DNA of 48,853 nucleotides from Thelocarpon superellum (Eukaryota): NCBI GenBank assembly GCA_026025795.1, contig JAPEUG010000098.1, positions 1 to 48,853 of the forward strand, read 5' to 3'. Shown piece by piece: positions 46,972 to 48,853 of this stretch (position 1 is its first letter; each line of letters starts with the position of its first letter). The notes under the pieces were generated by a model. It saw only the letters and a program-made list of their open reading frames with translations, ran no database searches and was not told where the DNA came from. The position numbers and the translations under genes were made by a program.

Positions 46972-48318
46972 CGTGGAGGCAGGATCTTTGAATCTAGGGT
47001 ATCACACGGTCTCATTCCCGCCGTAATGGCGATCGGGCCGTAGCAACGGGGCGGGGGAAGGTCGACCACGGGCGCCGGATGCGGTGTTTGCGATGCGTGG
47101 GCGGTGTTGACACGCCAGCTCTCCACCGAACGATCACAGATCTTCAGAGACGATTCCATCCGACGAGTCCGCTATCATGATCTGCGCGAGCGGAGCACTC
47201 CGACGCGACAAGGCGCGTGGTCGTGGGTTGGCTGTGCGGTAGAGACGGCGCCCACACTTCGATCGAGGTTGTGGCGGATGACGAGGCTGCAATCGGCGAC
47301 TCGACCACGGAGACGGATTGTGCGGACTGCAGCAGCACCGCGAAGGTGGGGAAGGGCCAACCGTGGCGCGGATGACGGGTCTGACGGACTGACAAGGGGA
47401 GAGAAGCGGTGCAGAGAGTCATTGGCAACAAGTAACCAAGGCGAGAAGGTCCACGGATTTGAGGATGTCCAGTCTGATACAGCAGAAGGGTACGACCGTG
47501 TCGGTACAGGATGGTTCCTCCGTATGTCCTGCAGGGTGGCCATAGCCGTGGTCAAGTGTTTAATCGGTGTCATTTCCCTTTAGCCGAGACCTGCTGCTTG
47601 GTGCGTCCAGCAGGCCGCTGAACCGAGCAGCCAGCGACACGGGCAACTCGACTCTTTTACTTGTACCGCTGAGCGTCGTGGGACGCCTTCCATCAGCTCC
47701 TCATCCTCTTCACCAATCATCCCTAGCATCAGTCTTGTCCGATGCCGCCAGGAGCTGCTGCGTGCGTAGAACCCGACCAATCAGACCTTGCCACCATCGT
47801 ACTTCGATCATGTTCATTGGAGGCAACCGGTGTACTGATCATGGGCATGTTGCCGCCCTTACAAGGCTCACGTGCAGAGGTCAGACAGCAGGGCTCTTCG
47901 ATACCATTTGTGACCTGGCCCATGGTATTCAGGAGGCAGGGGTGCCTTCAACTCGATAACTTTTTCTCGGGACGATGCGCCACTATGAACAGCAGCCGTA
48001 GGGGCGTGTGCTGGAGCTCGCACCGGCACTGCTAGCGCCATGTCCCGGGCACGTCTTCGCGCTAAGCTTGCCCGTTGTTACATAGCCGGCGAAGGAAAAG
48101 CTGGTGGGCGGTCGGGGCCAAGCGAGCAGTGAAGTTGGCGGGCGTTGCCATTCACAAGTCTCCGTTGCCTACTACGCCAGTAAAACGTCTTCTGTACTTC
48201 ATCATCGGGCTGGGAGTGGTGCTCATCAGCTCTGGTTGTCACAGATCATATCACCCTGCTCCTCTTGATCCCTCTTGATCCCTCCTTCTGCTCACGTCGT
48301 CGTGATCGCCAGCTCACC

Positions 48319-48853
48319 ATGTCGCGCGGAGGAACGACACTCTACGTGACGGGCTTCGGCCAAGGCACACGCGCCCGCGAGCTTGCTGTCGAGTTCGAGC
48401 GGTGAGTCCCTGGAAAAGGTCGATCGATCGGTCGAACGATTCTCCCTCGCCCCGAGTCCCTCGATCCCTTCGATCCTCATTTCGAATCGGTCGAGTCGCT
48501 CGTCCACTCTTCGTCCTTGCCTCGTGTACCGTAATGATCCTGTGGAGCGCACGACCATGTCTTTGACACCCTCCTCTCTCCTGCTCCTCCTTCCTTCCTC
48601 CGTTTCCTCCTTCGATCGCTCTCGAGTCGAGCGGGACCGCCCGGTCCCGCGTCACGCGGATCGTGCCGAATCGTGTCGAACCGTGTACGGAGGCTACCTC
48701 GATCGCTCGCGAACGGCCATCGTCACCGTCCTCGTCCTCGTCCTCTACCGCTTTCGTCCTTCTGGCTACCGCTCCCTTCATGCTCGGTATTCCGCGCCGC
48801 ACCGATCGATTCTAACATCTTTCGCTACGAAGGTATGGACGTCTTGTGCGATG
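48319..48853 (+). CDS. srp1: 5' end of an SR-family RRM splicing factor (S. pombe Srp1-like, not importin alpha), truncated by the window
   Basis: Not in the ORF track. Exon 48319-48401 reads MSRGGTTLYVTGFGQGTRARELAVEFE; intron 48402-48832 (GTGAGT...CTAAC...AAG); exon 2 from 48833 continues RYGRLVR(C). LYVTGF is an RNP2 motif. Confidence 0.88.

Noticed and set aside
46972..48318. 1.35-kb gap between the carrier and SR genes containing several 60-160 aa ORFs
   Set aside because: No motifs, codon bias or convincing splice pattern, and no tRNA or snoRNA structure recognised. Most likely UTRs and promoter.

Overview
Eukaryotic, intron-rich, GC-rich genomic DNA from a filamentous ascomycete (Pezizomycotina-type genes with short GT-AG introns and CTRAC branch points). 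The ORF track fragments almost every gene, so the models below were spliced by eye. From about 12.6 kb to the end the window is mostly core genome: ATG7, MRM2, a coiled-coil protein, OST3, RFT1, DBP3, a quinone oxidoreductase, RFA1, a dienelactone hydrolase, UBP14, ISU1, CSN3, PRO2, RPL18, a mitochondrial carrier and the start of an SR splicing factor. An accessory-looking block at 16-20 kb holds a small Cys-containing protein, an SDR and a Zn2Cys6 regulator. The first 12 kb look like an accessory island. Its centre is a head-to-head pair sharing about 450 bp: a 2335-aa protein fusing a ZNFX1-like SF1 RNA helicase and NF-X1 zinc fingers to three tandem CbbX/SpoVK-type AAA+ ATPases, and a 478-aa RAI1/DXO-like nuclease-fold protein with an RGG N-terminus and a four-Cys tail. 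A decayed RING-H2 gene and a Mod-A/modin-like gene lie beside them. This pair is the best candidate for an undescribed fungal RNA-sensing or defence module, but that is inference and has not been tested. Other notable structure: an 80-bp near-perfect palindrome in the DBP3/oxidoreductase bidirectional promoter, MCB boxes upstream of RFA1, an 11-bp minisatellite, and a long motif-rich first intron in the SR gene. No database searches were run; family calls rest on motif recognition.
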